DNA from: Clostridia bacterium
Lineage (GTDB): Bacteria; Bacillota; Clostridia; TANB77; CAG-508
Assembly: GCA_017613275.1 (NCBI GenBank)
Contig: JAGAED010000006.1
Coordinates: forward strand, 24,841 to 88,840
Direction of reading: 5' to 3'
DNA: 64,000 nucleotides
Shown here: one piece after another, positions 63,090 through 64,000 of the stretch
Layout of the letters: every line of letters starts with the position of its first letter
Position numbering within the stretch: position 1 is the first letter of the stretch
Notes under the pieces: model-generated
The model's input: the letters and a program-made list of their open reading frames with translations, nothing else
What the model was told of the DNA's origin: nothing
Databases searched by the model: none
Position numbers and translations under genes: made by a program

Positions 63090-63752
63090 ATGATTTTTGT
63101 GAATAAACTTGATCCAAAGATAAAAAATGCGTTAGAATGGATTGGTTGCTTTATTATTGCCATAGTTGTAACATTATTAATTAAATTTTATATAGGTACA
63201 CCTACTGTTGTAAAACAGATTTCTATGTATCCTACATTACAACAAGACCAAAGATTGTGGCTTAACAGATGGGGAAGAACAACACATACACTTCCTAAAA
63301 GAGGAGAAATTATAACTTTTGAAGAACCAAGCAAAATTAGTTATAGCGAAAGTGAAATAGATATTAAAAATCCAGTGGCTAAATTTTATGAAAGAACAGG
63401 ATGGGACTGGTTTGTAAGTGAATTCCTAGAAATGGGAGATAAGAGAAGTTATATAAAAAGAGTTATAGCACTTCCAGGGGAACATGTCAAAATTGAAAAT
63501 GGAAAAGTTTATATTGATGGAGAAGAACTTGTAGAAGATTATTTACAACCAGGAATTGTCACAGATGTTATTGGCGTAGGATTTTCTGATTTTGTTGTTC
63601 CTGAAAATTGCGTTTTTGCCATGGGAGATAATAGAAATCATAGTACAGATTGTAGATCTTTTGGTTGTATTCCATTGGAGAAGATTGAAAGTACAGTCGC
63701 ATTTAGATTTTGGCCTCTAGACAAATTTGGCGGAATTGATGCAGTTAAATAA
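63090..63752 (+). CDS. lepB: Signal peptidase I
   Basis: TM anchor, catalytic SMYPTL box, RGEIITF, KRVIALPGE, GDNRNHSTDCR boxes. Confidence 0.92.
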   Translation: MIFVNKLDPKIKNALEWIGCFIIAIVVTLLIKFYIGTPTVVKQISMYPTLQQDQRLWLNRWGRTTHTLPKRGEIITFEEPSKISYSESEIDIKNPVAKFYERTGWDWFVSEFLEMGDKRSYIKRVIALPGEHVKIENGKVYIDGEELVEDYLQPGIVTDVIGVGFSDFVVPENCVFAMGDNRNHSTDCRSFGCIPLEKIESTVAFRFWPLDKFGGIDAVK

Positions 63753-63774
63753 TTTTTAAAATATAGGAGTAAAA

Positions 63775-64000
63775 ATGTTTAATGATATAATTGGAAATGA
63801 TAAAGTTAAAAATTATTTAGAAGCCTCAATTGAGAATGGAAAAACATCGCACAGCTATATGTTTGTGGGAATTGAAGGAATTGGTAAGAAACTTGTTGCA
63901 ATGGATTTTGCGAAAAGGATGTTATGTTTGAGCGAGAGTGATGGCAAGTGTACTTGTAAATCATGTTTGGAGTTTCAATCAAGCAATCATCCGGACTTTA
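63775..64000 (+). CDS. holB: DNA polymerase III subunit delta' (N-terminal 75 aa; continues beyond the window)
   Basis: ATG after ATAGGAGT; MFNDIIGNDKVKNYLEASIENGKTSHSYMFVGIEGIGKK...CKSCLEFQSSNHPDF is the typical HolB N-terminus; not in the ORF track because it is truncated. Confidence 0.85.
   Translation, partial: MFNDIIGNDKVKNYLEASIENGKTSHSYMFVGIEGIGKKLVAMDFAKRMLCLSESDGKCTCKSCLEFQSSNHPDF

Overview
AT-rich chromosomal segment from a spore-forming Firmicute, probably Clostridia-like (spoIIE, a SpoVK-type ATPase and Spo0A-box-like motifs are present). 36 of 37 CDS lie on the + strand.

Backbone genes, in order: rpoC 3' end, spoIIE, topA, tRNA-Gly(GCC) and tRNA-Cys(GCA), tex, an HD-GYP protein, pyrH, gdpP-rplI-dnaB, tilS, ftsH, a tandem-OB SSB paralogue, rluD and rluB-type pseudouridine synthases, an S1-domain protein, murE-mraY-ftsW-murG, an orphan histidine kinase, lepB, and the holB 5' end.

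Accessory content:
1. Two giant membrane-anchored repeat proteins of 3437 aa and 2763 aa. They contain Listeria-Bacteroides repeats, beta-helix, jelly-roll, Ig-like and GLUG-like modules. Their upstream regions are collinear paralogues.
2. A 971-aa coiled-coil protein with 42-bp tandem repeats.
3. A compositionally foreign two-gene operon (54.3-56.4 kb) encoding two MazF/PemK-fold fusion proteins. One carries a Spo0A-C-like domain, and there is no recognisable antitoxin gene. This is my best candidate for an undescribed system.

Non-coding signals:
- A family of about 11 copies of a 35-50 nt palindrome (consensus AAACCTTGTTTTTGGGGACACTCCCCAAAAACAAGGTTT) with a conserved loop. It is mostly used as terminators.
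- Spo0A-box-like clusters.
- A shared GCTTCCCTAR / CGACAAAAAATA motif pair upstream of spoIIE and both giant genes.
- A GC-rich structured element of about 110 nt between ftsW and murG.

I saw no rRNA, CRISPR array, transposase or integrase. All homology statements come from reading motifs in the translations. No database search was run.
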